Shown here one piece after another: positions 1 through 9,132 of a stretch of DNA of 64,000 bases. The stretch's first letter is position 1; each line of letters begins with the position of its first letter. Position numbers and translations under genes: made by a program. Source of the stretch: an uncultured Nitrososphaerota archaeon (GTDB lineage Archaea; Thermoproteota; EX4484-205; JAAOZP01); NCBI GenBank assembly GCA_964416155.1, contig CAYQCW010000003.1, positions 157,219-221,218 on the forward strand, written 5' to 3'. The notes beneath the pieces are model-generated. The model was not told the DNA's origin and searched no databases. It saw nothing but the letters and a program-made list of their open reading frames with translations.

Positions 1-15
1 GAGCAAAAAATTCTC

Positions 16-91
16 GGGCCCGTCGCCTAACCTGGATATGGCGGCAGCCTCCTAAGCTGTAATGATCTGGGTTCAAATCCCAGCGGGCCCG
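16..91 (+). tRNA. tRNA-Arg(CCT), intron-less
   Basis: Cloverleaf: GGGCCCG/CGGGCCC acceptor stem, GCAGC-CTCCTAA-GCTGT anticodon arm, CTGGG-TTCAAAT-CCCAG T arm; CCA not encoded. Confidence 0.95.
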
Positions 92-490
92 ATTTCTCTC
101 TATCTAAGTTTCTGCGTACTCTATTCAAGTTGAAGAGAAGGGTTGGCGGTTGGCGAATTCGTGAAGGAAAACAAGGTTGAAGTCCGTGTGGGAGACAACA
201 TGATGGCTCTAATAGCGGCTGAAAACCAAGGAATCTTGGAAAGCATCTCCATGGGGAAATGCTCTTTAAGCGGAAAAGTGATACGTAGGTCAGAGTTCTA
301 CTAGATAAAGACATCGGGTATTCCCCGCTTATGTCCGTAAGAATAAGTTTGGTAAACAGGGGTTTGAAAGAGGCGCCGTGCATGTGAATTGTAATTCCTG
401 CAACAGGCACAAGTATGAGGAGTGCGTGATGCCCAGCCACCGAGTGTTATCGCGGCAACTTTTAACCGTAATGGTGTTGATCCAGAGGAA

Positions 491-1696
491 CTATAGCTCG
501 CTGGAATGGGTTTTGATTTTAACTATGGCCTCCACTATATCATCCATGTCTTCTCTAGCCCCCAAGAATATTGATTGGGGCAATGTAACGGCTTCCTGAA
601 TAGCACTCTCTGCCACAGGATACTTTGGCTTTCTTATTATTCGCGGCCGAGTGCCATGAGCTGTTAGCGTCATGTTGAGAGGCGGATGGTCTATTCCGCC
701 GCAGGGGACCCCTTCAGCCTTAAGAGCCTCCACGAATCTTTCAACAGAAACATTTCCAAAGCTTTTCGAGTCGTATTTAAACAGGTATGGCCAAGGCTGA
801 TGTCTGGTTAGTTTTTCATCTATCTTAAGCGGAGCGACCCCCTCGATTTCCCTCAGCCTCCTGCTCAAGTATTCGCTGTTAGTCTGTCTGGTTTTCGTCT
901 GCTCCTCAAGCCTTTCCAGCTGAACCAGCAGTATTGCTGCTTGAAACTGCGTCATCCTGAAATTCCACCAGTTCCACCAATAGTCAATCCCCACGTTGTA
1001 CACATCGTCTCCTCTTATTCTTCCACATGTTCTTAATGCTCTGCATCTCTCAGCGTAAAGCCTATTGCTAGTTACTATTATTCCTCCTTCCCCAGCAGCC
1101 ATGAGTTTCCCCTGCTGGAAGCTGAAGCAGCCAATGTCTCCAATCGACCCCGCCGGCTTATTCCTCCACATGAAGCCGTGGGCTCTAGCGCAATCCTCTA
1201 TTAACGCGATACTGTGTTTCTCCGCGATTTCCGAGAGCTTATCCATATCCGGAGCGTTCCCATAGTTGTAGACTGAGATTATGGCCTTGGTTCGACTCGT
1301 AATGCTGTTTTCAACCTCTTCAACGCTCATGCAATATGTCTCAGGATCAACATCCACTATGATTAGTTTTCCTCCAGTCATTAAGACCGCGCTCCCCGTC
1401 GCCCAGAACGTGAGCGCAGGCACTATCACTTCATCTCCGGGGCCCACTCCGATTGAGAGGAGAGCCAGGTGTAGGGCTTCTGTACCGCTTGAGACGCAAA
1501 CCCCGTATTCGCAGCCGTGGAACCTGGAGAATTTTTCTTCAAACTCTTTTTCCTTTGGACCGCTCTCCTCAACTCCTCCTCCCCAAAACCTGCTTTTCAA
1601 GGTTTCCTCAAGAGCCTTCAGCTCCCTTTCGTCGTAGACTGGCCATGCTGGCCAAGGCTTGGTTCTAGTGGGTTTTCCCCCTTTTATCGCTAGCAT
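491..1696 (-). CDS. DegT/DnrJ/EryC1/StrS PLP-dependent aminotransferase (AHBA-synthase-like)
   Basis: SSGTEALH, IEDCARAHG, FSFQQGKLMAAGEGG (PLP Lys); LAIKGG-P N-terminus. Confidence 0.9.
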   Translation of the reverse strand: MLAIKGGKPTRTKPWPAWPVYDERELKALEETLKSRFWGGGVEESGPKEKEFEEKFSRFHGCEYGVCVSSGTEALHLALLSIGVGPGDEVIVPALTFWATGSAVLMTGGKLIIVDVDPETYCMSVEEVENSITSRTKAIISVYNYGNAPDMDKLSEIAEKHSIALIEDCARAHGFMWRNKPAGSIGDIGCFSFQQGKLMAAGEGGIIVTSNRLYAERCRALRTCGRIRGDDVYNVGIDYWWNWWNFRMTQFQAAILLVQLERLEEQTKTRQTNSEYLSRRLREIEGVAPLKIDEKLTRHQPWPYLFKYDSKSFGNVSVERFVEALKAEGVPCGGIDHPPLNMTLTAHGTRPRIIRKPKYPVAESAIQEAVTLPQSIFLGAREDMDDIVEAIVKIKTHSSEL

Positions 1697-1761
1697 GAGG
1701 TATTTTTTCAGCGGTTCATTTAAAGCTTACTAAGACAAGTAGATTAAAAACCTATGCGTTG

Positions 1762-2853
1762 TCAATCATGCGCGGCGAATCTGTTAAATGATTCTTTCTT
1801 CACAGCATCATAAATCGCCAATATGTTTTCTAACGGAGTGTCTGGCTGTAGAGAGTGCGACGGCCCCAAGATGAGCCCGGTTGATCCGAGTTCTCTGATT
1901 CTTTTTCTAACCTCTTTCCTCACATCCTCAACGTTCCCAAATGGAAGTGTTCTTTGTATTGAAAGCGTGCCTTCAAACGCCATCCTGTTTCCACATAGTC
2001 CTCTTATTCTCACGGGGTCCATGGTTTCTGGTTGAACCGGGTTAAGTATGTCAACGCCTATTTCAACCAAGTCTTGAATTATAGGCTCAATCCATCCGTC
2101 GCTATGGAAGAAGAAATACTTACCCTTGGAATGAATTAAATCAGACAGAAGGCAGTACCTAGGCTTGAGAAACTTTCTCCACATCGTGGGAGACAGTATC
2201 ATGGTGTTCTGAGCACCCACATCGTCACCATCATAAATGACATCGACATTGGCTTCCAGCAATAATCGCGCCTGTTTCAAACGGATCTCGTTAAGCTCGT
2301 CGAGAACCCTCTCCACCCTAGGGTCGTTTCTACTCATCATCACCATGAGTTCGTTGAAACCTGTCAACTGCCAAGCGATTTCAAAAAGGTGGATCACGCC
2401 ACCGTAGACGCAGAAGCTCTCATTTTTCATCCTGTATTGTTTTACAAGCTCGAAGCTTTCCTCGTTGACTTCAGGCCAAACATAGTCTTCAACATCTATG
2501 GTTCTAAGGGGATAATTGACATACTGATAAGTGTAGGTTTTACTTGACCACTTGCTTACTATCCCCCACCTGTCTTTCCTAAACTCGTATTCTCTGCTGC
2601 GTCCAACCGTGTAAGCAGCCTCATATGGCCCTTCCTTAACTTCAACTCCTTCAGGGATGTATCCACCGGTTAAGCCGATGGCTGGTGCAAACCTTACATC
2701 CACGTCGAGTTTGGAACAGACATTGTCGAACCCGTTGACGTTGAAGTGTTCCTCCAGAAGGGAAATGACCTCCGGTCTTGCTCTAAGGACAGTTGGCACC
2801 CTGTCTATTTCCTCAAACTCGATAGATTTGATGCACCTTTCTCTCGGATCCAT
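1762..2853 (-). CDS. Uroporphyrinogen decarboxylase / MtaA-CmuA superfamily protein
   Basis: DDVGAQ, FFHSDG, DILNPVQPE, GLILGPSHSLQ motifs. Confidence 0.85.
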   Translation of the reverse strand: MDPRERCIKSIEFEEIDRVPTVLRARPEVISLLEEHFNVNGFDNVCSKLDVDVRFAPAIGLTGGYIPEGVEVKEGPYEAAYTVGRSREYEFRKDRWGIVSKWSSKTYTYQYVNYPLRTIDVEDYVWPEVNEESFELVKQYRMKNESFCVYGGVIHLFEIAWQLTGFNELMVMMSRNDPRVERVLDELNEIRLKQARLLLEANVDVIYDGDDVGAQNTMILSPTMWRKFLKPRYCLLSDLIHSKGKYFFFHSDGWIEPIIQDLVEIGVDILNPVQPETMDPVRIRGLCGNRMAFEGTLSIQRTLPFGNVEDVRKEVRKRIRELGSTGLILGPSHSLQPDTPLENILAIYDAVKKESFNRFAAHD

Positions 2854-2961
2854 CCTGAGTTTTTCTGATTATGCTGGATTTAATCTTTTCAAAAGTGTTA
2901 AAACTAGACATTCCTGATTCCGCATAACGTCGATCTAGTGAGTAAAGGACATTTAGGCTTG

Positions 2962-3978
2962 TTAGCTGATTTCAACAGGCATACCTATTTCGCTTGACTT
3001 GATGATGGCACTTATAACTTTCGTTACGATAAGACCGTCTTCACCGGTTACGGGAGGTGTTGAATCATGTATCAAGCAGTCTACGAAGCATTCTAGTCCC
3101 GCTCTTAGAAACACGCTGATGTTTTCAGATGGTAAGACATACACGTCTGGAAACACAATTCTATGTTCATTCACAACCCTCACGCTGCCGTGATGCGTCC
3201 TATCTATTCTCACTGCACCCTTTTCCCCGAAAATCTCCATTTTAAAATCCACTATGAACGGTTCTCCCTTCGGGAGAATCCAGCTGTTCTCCATTATGGC
3301 GGTGATTCCATTTTGAAACTCGATTACAGCCTGGTAGAAGTCTTGGGTCTTGATTCCCCTTGCGTCCAGCACAATCGACCTTGAAACCCCGAAGACTCTT
3401 TTAGCCTCATCGTTAAAAAGCCATCTCAGTAGGTCGAAAACATGGCTTCCGAGAAACCAGAGAACATTAGTCTTATCAGACCATTTTATCATTTCGGTTG
3501 GAACATATATTGTGTCGCTCAGACGGGCATATGCATTAACGATTCTGCCAATTCCACCTGCTTCTATCGTGTCCTTAGCTAGCCTGAAGGGAGGACTCCA
3601 CCTATTGCTGAAGTTAACCATCAGCTTGAGGCCGCGTTTATTCGCCTCGTCAACTATCTTCTGGGCATCTTCAACGTTCGTCGCGAGAGGTTTTTCTATG
3701 AGCAGATGCTTATTGTTCCCAAGAGCTGTGAGCGCAGGCTCCGTATGCAGGTGGTCCGGCGTGCAGATGGAAACCGCCTCGACATCTGGATCCTTAGCAA
3801 GGTCTTGGAAATCAGCGTATATTCTCGGGACACCGTATTTTTCTCCAATCTCTCTAGCCCTTTTCTCATTCAGATCAGCGACCGCCAGAACCTCGGCATG
3901 CCCTATCGTTTTAAACGCTTTTAACTGCTGCTCACCCTGGATTCCAACACCGACAATTCCTATCTTAGCCTTTCTCAT
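2962..3978 (-). CDS. Gfo/Idh/MocA family oxidoreductase
   Basis: GIVGVGIQG Rossmann motif, ICTPDHLH, EKPLA. Confidence 0.9.
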   Translation of the reverse strand: MRKAKIGIVGVGIQGEQQLKAFKTIGHAEVLAVADLNEKRAREIGEKYGVPRIYADFQDLAKDPDVEAVSICTPDHLHTEPALTALGNNKHLLIEKPLATNVEDAQKIVDEANKRGLKLMVNFSNRWSPPFRLAKDTIEAGGIGRIVNAYARLSDTIYVPTEMIKWSDKTNVLWFLGSHVFDLLRWLFNDEAKRVFGVSRSIVLDARGIKTQDFYQAVIEFQNGITAIMENSWILPKGEPFIVDFKMEIFGEKGAVRIDRTHHGSVRVVNEHRIVFPDVYVLPSENISVFLRAGLECFVDCLIHDSTPPVTGEDGLIVTKVISAIIKSSEIGMPVEIS

Positions 3979-4065
3979 GGAGTAAACCAGAGCTTAAAAC
4001 CATAATAAAGCTTTTTTAATCAGCAGCCGTTTTAACACACTGCTTAACTCAGAACATGGGGCTTG

Positions 4066-4980
4066 CTAATCTTCTCTTCTATACGGTGTTCCCAGTGCTG
4101 CAGGTGCACCGAGCCTTTTTCTCAGGAGGCCCAATGAGCTGGCAACCAGCACTACGATGGTGGAGACATATGGAAGCGCGCCGAGCAGGCTTGCCGGAAC
4201 CCCGTACTCCTGAAGGTGAAACTGGAGGACCTCAACCCCTCCGAAAAGATATGCTCCAATTAGGCTTCCAAGAGGGTTCCACAGGGAAAATATTGTTAGA
4301 GCCAAGGCGATCCATCCTCTGCCCATCATCACGCCCTCCCTCCAGCCTGGAGTATAAGAGAGGGTTACGTAGGCACCGCCGAGGCCCCCGAGTACTCCTC
4401 CTAGGAAAACACACAAGTATCTAACCAAGTATACGTTGACTCCAGCGGCATCCGCAGCCTCAGGCTTCTCTCCTACTGCTCTCACTGTTATCCCAAACCT
4501 TGTTTTAAACAGGATAAGCCACATTGCTATCGAAAGCACCATTCCCAGATAGACTACCGGATCATGGCAGAATAGCCCGCCTGCTAAAGGTATTTCCGTT
4601 AAAACGGGTATTTGAAGAAGAGGGAGGCTTTCTCTAAGAGGCAGCCCCACGTATTTTGCTCCCAAGAGACTGCTAATTCCCGTCCCGAGCATTGCAAGAG
4701 CCAAGCCTGAAACAGTCTGGTTTACCCCGAGACTTATGCTCGTAAACCCGTGTATGAGTGAGAAGAGGCCTCCGGCAAGCATTGCTACGGCTAAGCCTAT
4801 CCAGACTGATCCCGTGAGCCATGTTGCAGCAAAGCCCGCTAGGGCTCCGATCGTCATCACACCGTCGAGCCCAAGGTTTAAAACTCCGGATCTTTCACAG
4901 TATATTTCCCCGAGAGTCGCAAGCATCAGCGGCGTCCCGGCTCTGACTGCTTCAGCCAGTATCGAGGCAGCTAAATCCAT
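4066..4980 (-). CDS. Nucleoside/sugar ABC transporter permease (YufQ-like)
   Basis: ERSGVLNLGLDG, RAVGEKPEAADAAG, GRGWIALA, multiple TM helices. Confidence 0.9.
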   Translation of the reverse strand: MDLAASILAEAVRAGTPLMLATLGEIYCERSGVLNLGLDGVMTIGALAGFAATWLTGSVWIGLAVAMLAGGLFSLIHGFTSISLGVNQTVSGLALAMLGTGISSLLGAKYVGLPLRESLPLLQIPVLTEIPLAGGLFCHDPVVYLGMVLSIAMWLILFKTRFGITVRAVGEKPEAADAAGVNVYLVRYLCVFLGGVLGGLGGAYVTLSYTPGWREGVMMGRGWIALALTIFSLWNPLGSLIGAYLFGGVEVLQFHLQEYGVPASLLGALPYVSTIVVLVASSLGLLRKRLGAPAALGTPYRRED

Positions 4981-6047
4981 ATTCTGCTACTACCTATTTT
5001 AATCACGATTCTGTATTTGGCTAGAATCTCGCTACTTATAATGAAGAGGAGAATAATTCCGTTAAACACGTATACGAGGCTGGATGGCAGTCTGAGGGAA
5101 ATCTGTATCGCATCACCACCCACCATCAAGCCGCTTATGAAGAACGATGCTATGAGCGTCGCCAGAGGATCAAGCCCGCTGAGCCAAGCCGGGATTATCG
5201 CAGTATAACCGTAGCCGGGGGATATCCCTCTTATTAGCCGCCCATGTATGCCAGCGACCTCCCCTACTCCAGCAACTCCTGCAAGTCCTCCGCTGACCAG
5301 CATGACTAGCAGGATATTCTTGGTTACACTTATCCCAGCATACTTAGCTGCGTCCGGATTACCTCCTACGACTTTTACCTCGTAGCCAATCTTCGTCCTC
5401 TTCATTAACACGTAGAGGATGAGTGTTGAGGCTAGGAGCAGTATGAGAGTATAGTAGTGTATTCTAGTTCCCACTATCATGGGGAACCTGGCGTAGCTTG
5501 GGAAAGGGTCTGTCTGCGGGAACCCCCACTGGGTTAACCCTCTCCATGGACCTGTCACCACATAGTCCAGCAGCTTTAAGGAGATGTAGTTCATCATAAG
5601 AGTCACTATGACCTCGCTGATGTTGAGCCTTGATTTCAGCAGCGCTGGTAACAGTGCCCATGCAGCCCCGAAAATGAAGCCCGCAAGCAGCATTACAATA
5701 ATGATTATGCTTTGGGGAAGACCGGAGTATAGCACGACCCATGTTGCAGCCGTGGAGCCTATTATCAGCTGTCCCTCAGCACCTATGTTTAAAACTCTCG
5801 CCCTGTAGGCGAGGGTAAGCCCGACGGCGCATAACCCTATTGGAAGCATTTTCACAATCGTCTCACAGAAACCATACGGGCTTCCAAAGGCTCCTGTAAA
5901 AATCCTCAGATAGGCGTCGACCGGGTTCACACCGTAAGCGGCGAATAACAATCCTATAACCGGGAGTGACAGTAATACAGCGAGTATTCTAGAAGATATG
6001 TCGATCCTCCTGGATACGGTTTGTCTTCTCTCCAGTCTTATTTCCAA
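4971..6047 (-). CDS. Nucleoside/sugar ABC transporter permease (YufP-like)
   Basis: LNIGAEGQ, GGNPDAAKYAGI, GYGYTAI. Confidence 0.9.
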   Translation of the reverse strand: MEIRLERRQTVSRRIDISSRILAVLLSLPVIGLLFAAYGVNPVDAYLRIFTGAFGSPYGFCETIVKMLPIGLCAVGLTLAYRARVLNIGAEGQLIIGSTAATWVVLYSGLPQSIIIIVMLLAGFIFGAAWALLPALLKSRLNISEVIVTLMMNYISLKLLDYVVTGPWRGLTQWGFPQTDPFPSYARFPMIVGTRIHYYTLILLLASTLILYVLMKRTKIGYEVKVVGGNPDAAKYAGISVTKNILLVMLVSGGLAGVAGVGEVAGIHGRLIRGISPGYGYTAIIPAWLSGLDPLATLIASFFISGLMVGGDAIQISLRLPSSLVYVFNGIILLFIISSEILAKYRIVIKIGSSRIWI

Positions 6048-6099
6048 TCTTCACACCACTGCTTCAATAAGCATGTTTTAACACTTCTCTTGACCATGG

Positions 6100-7614
6100 C
6101 TACGCTGCTCCCGCGGTCATCGCAAGCCCAACTTCGCTGATTGACACGCCTTCCCCAAACTCTCTGACTATTTTACCCTCCTTCATAACAAGTATCCTAT
6201 TGCTTAAAGCTAAAACCTCCTCGAGGTCTTCGGAAACCAAGAGGACACTGCCCCCGGCTTCCCTAAGCCTGTGGAAGATCCAGTGCACATAATTTGTTGA
6301 AGCAACATCCAAGCCTGAAGTGGGATTGCTTGCGACAAGAATCTTAGGATTTATCGAGAGCTCTCTCGCAACTATCAGCTTCTGAATATTCCCACCTGAA
6401 AGGAGGCTTACCGGTGCATTCACGCTCGGTGCAACTATCTCAAACTCCTGAACAAGTTTTTCTGTTTCTCTCTGAATCGCTTCTGCATACATAAATATTC
6501 CCCTTGAAAACTTTTCCCCGTAAAGCTTCATAATCATGTTCTCCGCAACACTCAAGTCGGGTGCAACACCATATCTGAACCTGTCCTCAGGAATGTGTGC
6601 AACACCAAGCCTGATAATCTTCTTCGGAGGACTATTAGTAACATCCATCCCCATTATTTTCACAGTTCCTTTTTCGACCCTCCTCAGTCCCGTGAGGGCT
6701 TCAACAAGCTCCCTCTGACCATTCCCCGCTACCCCCGCTACGCCTAGGATTTCCCCCTCCTTCATAACGAAGGAAACATCCTTGACTGCTACAAGACCCC
6801 TGTCATCTAAAACCCTTAGTCTCTCAACTTCTAAAACAGGCTTGCCGCCTTTCCTAGCATTGTTAATCCTAGGCTTGAATTCCAGAGGCCTGCCGACTAT
6901 CATATTAACCAAGTCAAGCCTGCTTGCTTCACGCGGCTTAACTTCAGCCGCCACGACCTTTCCTCTCCTCAGGATCGTTATGGAGTCGCTAGCCGTAAGC
7001 GCCTCGTTAAGCCTATGTGTTATCAGGATGATTGATTTGCCTGTTTCAACCATTCTCCTTAATGATTTGAAAAGCTCCTCCGACTCAATAGGTGTTAAGA
7101 CGGAGGTGGGCTCGTCTAGGATTAGGAGTTTAACATTCCTGTAAAGCGTTTTTAATATTTCAACCTTCTGCTGTTCTCCTGCCGAAAGCTGCCAGATTTT
7201 CGCGTTGAGATCGATCTTTAAACCATACGTCTTAGAAAGCTCATCCATCCTACTCCTAATCCCGTTAAAACTTATCCTGAAGCCTTCCTCAACAAACAGG
7301 GCTACGTTCTCCAGAACAGTAAGCTTATCCACAAGCATGAAATGCTGGTGAACCATCCCTATTCCCATTTTCAACGCGTCCCTAGGCGAACCTATGCTGA
7401 CCCTACGGCCCTCCACAATTATCTCCCCAGCGTCAGGCTTGTACATACCATATAGGATTCTCATAAGAGTTGTTTTACCCGCACCGTTCTCGCCTAGAAG
7501 AGCATGTATCTCTCCCTGTCTAACCCTAAAGTCGACATTATCCAGCGCGACAACCGTGGGAAACCTTTTCACAATCCCCCGCATTTCAACAAGATACTTA
7601 GAATTATTCGTCAA
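6100..7614 (-). CDS. ABC transporter ATP-binding protein, two-domain CUT2 type
   Basis: GENGAGKTT, LDEPT, LSGGNIQK. Confidence 0.92.
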   Translation of the reverse strand: MTNNSKYLVEMRGIVKRFPTVVALDNVDFRVRQGEIHALLGENGAGKTTLMRILYGMYKPDAGEIIVEGRRVSIGSPRDALKMGIGMVHQHFMLVDKLTVLENVALFVEEGFRISFNGIRSRMDELSKTYGLKIDLNAKIWQLSAGEQQKVEILKTLYRNVKLLILDEPTSVLTPIESEELFKSLRRMVETGKSIILITHRLNEALTASDSITILRRGKVVAAEVKPREASRLDLVNMIVGRPLEFKPRINNARKGGKPVLEVERLRVLDDRGLVAVKDVSFVMKEGEILGVAGVAGNGQRELVEALTGLRRVEKGTVKIMGMDVTNSPPKKIIRLGVAHIPEDRFRYGVAPDLSVAENMIMKLYGEKFSRGIFMYAEAIQRETEKLVQEFEIVAPSVNAPVSLLSGGNIQKLIVARELSINPKILVASNPTSGLDVASTNYVHWIFHRLREAGGSVLLVSEDLEEVLALSNRILVMKEGKIVREFGEGVSISEVGLAMTAGAA

Positions 7615-7666
7615 GCTTCGTCAACATCCTTTCGAGAAAAAATAGGAGGTAGAGACGTTTCTAGAA

Positions 7667-8929
7667 TCATCCTGACGGCGATCCTATTATGTTGTCTATG
7701 AACCAGTTCATCTCCTCCGTGAAAAGCTGAGCTATGGTCGCTCTCTGGCCTGCTGGAATCTTAACATTCCCCGCTTGGTCTCTTATTGGACCGGTGAACG
7801 GGTCGAAAGGCACGTTGGCATCCTTCATCAGCGTAAGCCTATTCATAACAGCGTCGTACACGCTTATGGATTGACCCGGCAGATACGTATTCTTTAAATC
7901 GTTAACGAACTTCGAGTTTATCGGCACTCCAGGCTTGCCACCGAGCTCCACTGCACCCTCCTTGAGCAGCCAAAGGTAGTCAACATTAGCCAAGTTAGTA
8001 TTGTTGTAGATGCCCATTCTGATCTTCATAAGTATGTCGGCGTAGATAACCTCCCAGTGGACTATCTGGCCGCTCACCACGACGTTGGGACCAACATCCT
8101 GCATCGGGCTGTAATGAGAGAAAACGTAGAGTTGCTTTCCTTGCCGATACTGTTCTTGAGCGAACTCAACTATGGCCGTAGAATCCTCTGTGAAGGCGAT
8201 CGTATCGACACCGATGCTTACTAGTGCTTGGGCAGCCTCCCTAGCGCCAGTCGGATTATACCATGCGAAAAGCCATCTCACATAGACCTTCGCCTCAGGA
8301 TTAGCCTCCTTAACACCCAGTGCGAAAGCATTGATGTGTCTGAGGACTTCCGGTATCGGATAGGCCGCCACATAGCCCACCTTGTTGCTCTTGGTCAAGG
8401 CACCAGCCATCAACCCGTTCAGATAATAAACCTGGTAGAAGTCCGCAAAGTATGTTCCGGAGTTAGGAGCTCTTTTGAAACCGCTGCAGTGGAAGAACAT
8501 TTTATTAGGGTATTTCTGAGCAACCTCTATCGTTGGATCCATGAAGCCGAAGCTGGTTGTGAAAACCACGTCAACATTCTCCTCAGTAACAAGCCTCTCA
8601 ATATACCTCGCAGCCTCAGCCTCTGGAACAGACTCTACGTAAATGGTTTCAAGCCACGTGAAGACTTTTTCAACATACCTCCTGCCTTGATCGTGCGCAG
8701 CAGTCCAGCCGAAGTCTTCAACAGGACCAACGTATATGAACCCTGCTTTAAGCTTCTTAGTGAGCGAGCTGACGTTTTGCTGAAGCTGGTTGTACGATGT
8801 TTGAAGCTGGTTGTATTGGGACTCGGGAACCTTGCCTGCACCGCCCACGAAGTATCCTGCAGCCAGTCCTATTATCAGGGAGATTGCTATCAGAAGAATC
8901 GTCATACCGCCTAACTTGGACAGGCTCAT
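7667..8929 (-). CDS. BMP-family ABC substrate-binding protein (purine nucleoside-like)
   Basis: N-terminal TM anchor plus short coiled coil; GFIYVGPVEDFGW, TTSFGFMD, RHINAFALG. Confidence 0.9.
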   Translation of the reverse strand: MSLSKLGGMTILLIAISLIIGLAAGYFVGGAGKVPESQYNQLQTSYNQLQQNVSSLTKKLKAGFIYVGPVEDFGWTAAHDQGRRYVEKVFTWLETIYVESVPEAEAARYIERLVTEENVDVVFTTSFGFMDPTIEVAQKYPNKMFFHCSGFKRAPNSGTYFADFYQVYYLNGLMAGALTKSNKVGYVAAYPIPEVLRHINAFALGVKEANPEAKVYVRWLFAWYNPTGAREAAQALVSIGVDTIAFTEDSTAIVEFAQEQYRQGKQLYVFSHYSPMQDVGPNVVVSGQIVHWEVIYADILMKIRMGIYNNTNLANVDYLWLLKEGAVELGGKPGVPINSKFVNDLKNTYLPGQSISVYDAVMNRLTLMKDANVPFDPFTGPIRDQAGNVKIPAGQRATIAQLFTEEMNWFIDNIIGSPSG

Positions 8930-9132
8930 TTTGGTTGAAAAGCCGCAGGAGGAGGAGCATTTAAATTTTTACAAAAAGAAAGGGAGTCCTATAGCCATTT
9001 TAAACACATAAATGTTAAATTTGACTTCCTCCAAGGGATTATGCGAGAGCAAGAGGCCATGAGGCCAGAAGCTTAAAGCACCCACTTGTATGTGAAAGCT
9101 TATATTTCTTCCCCACGAAGTGGAGACTTAAA

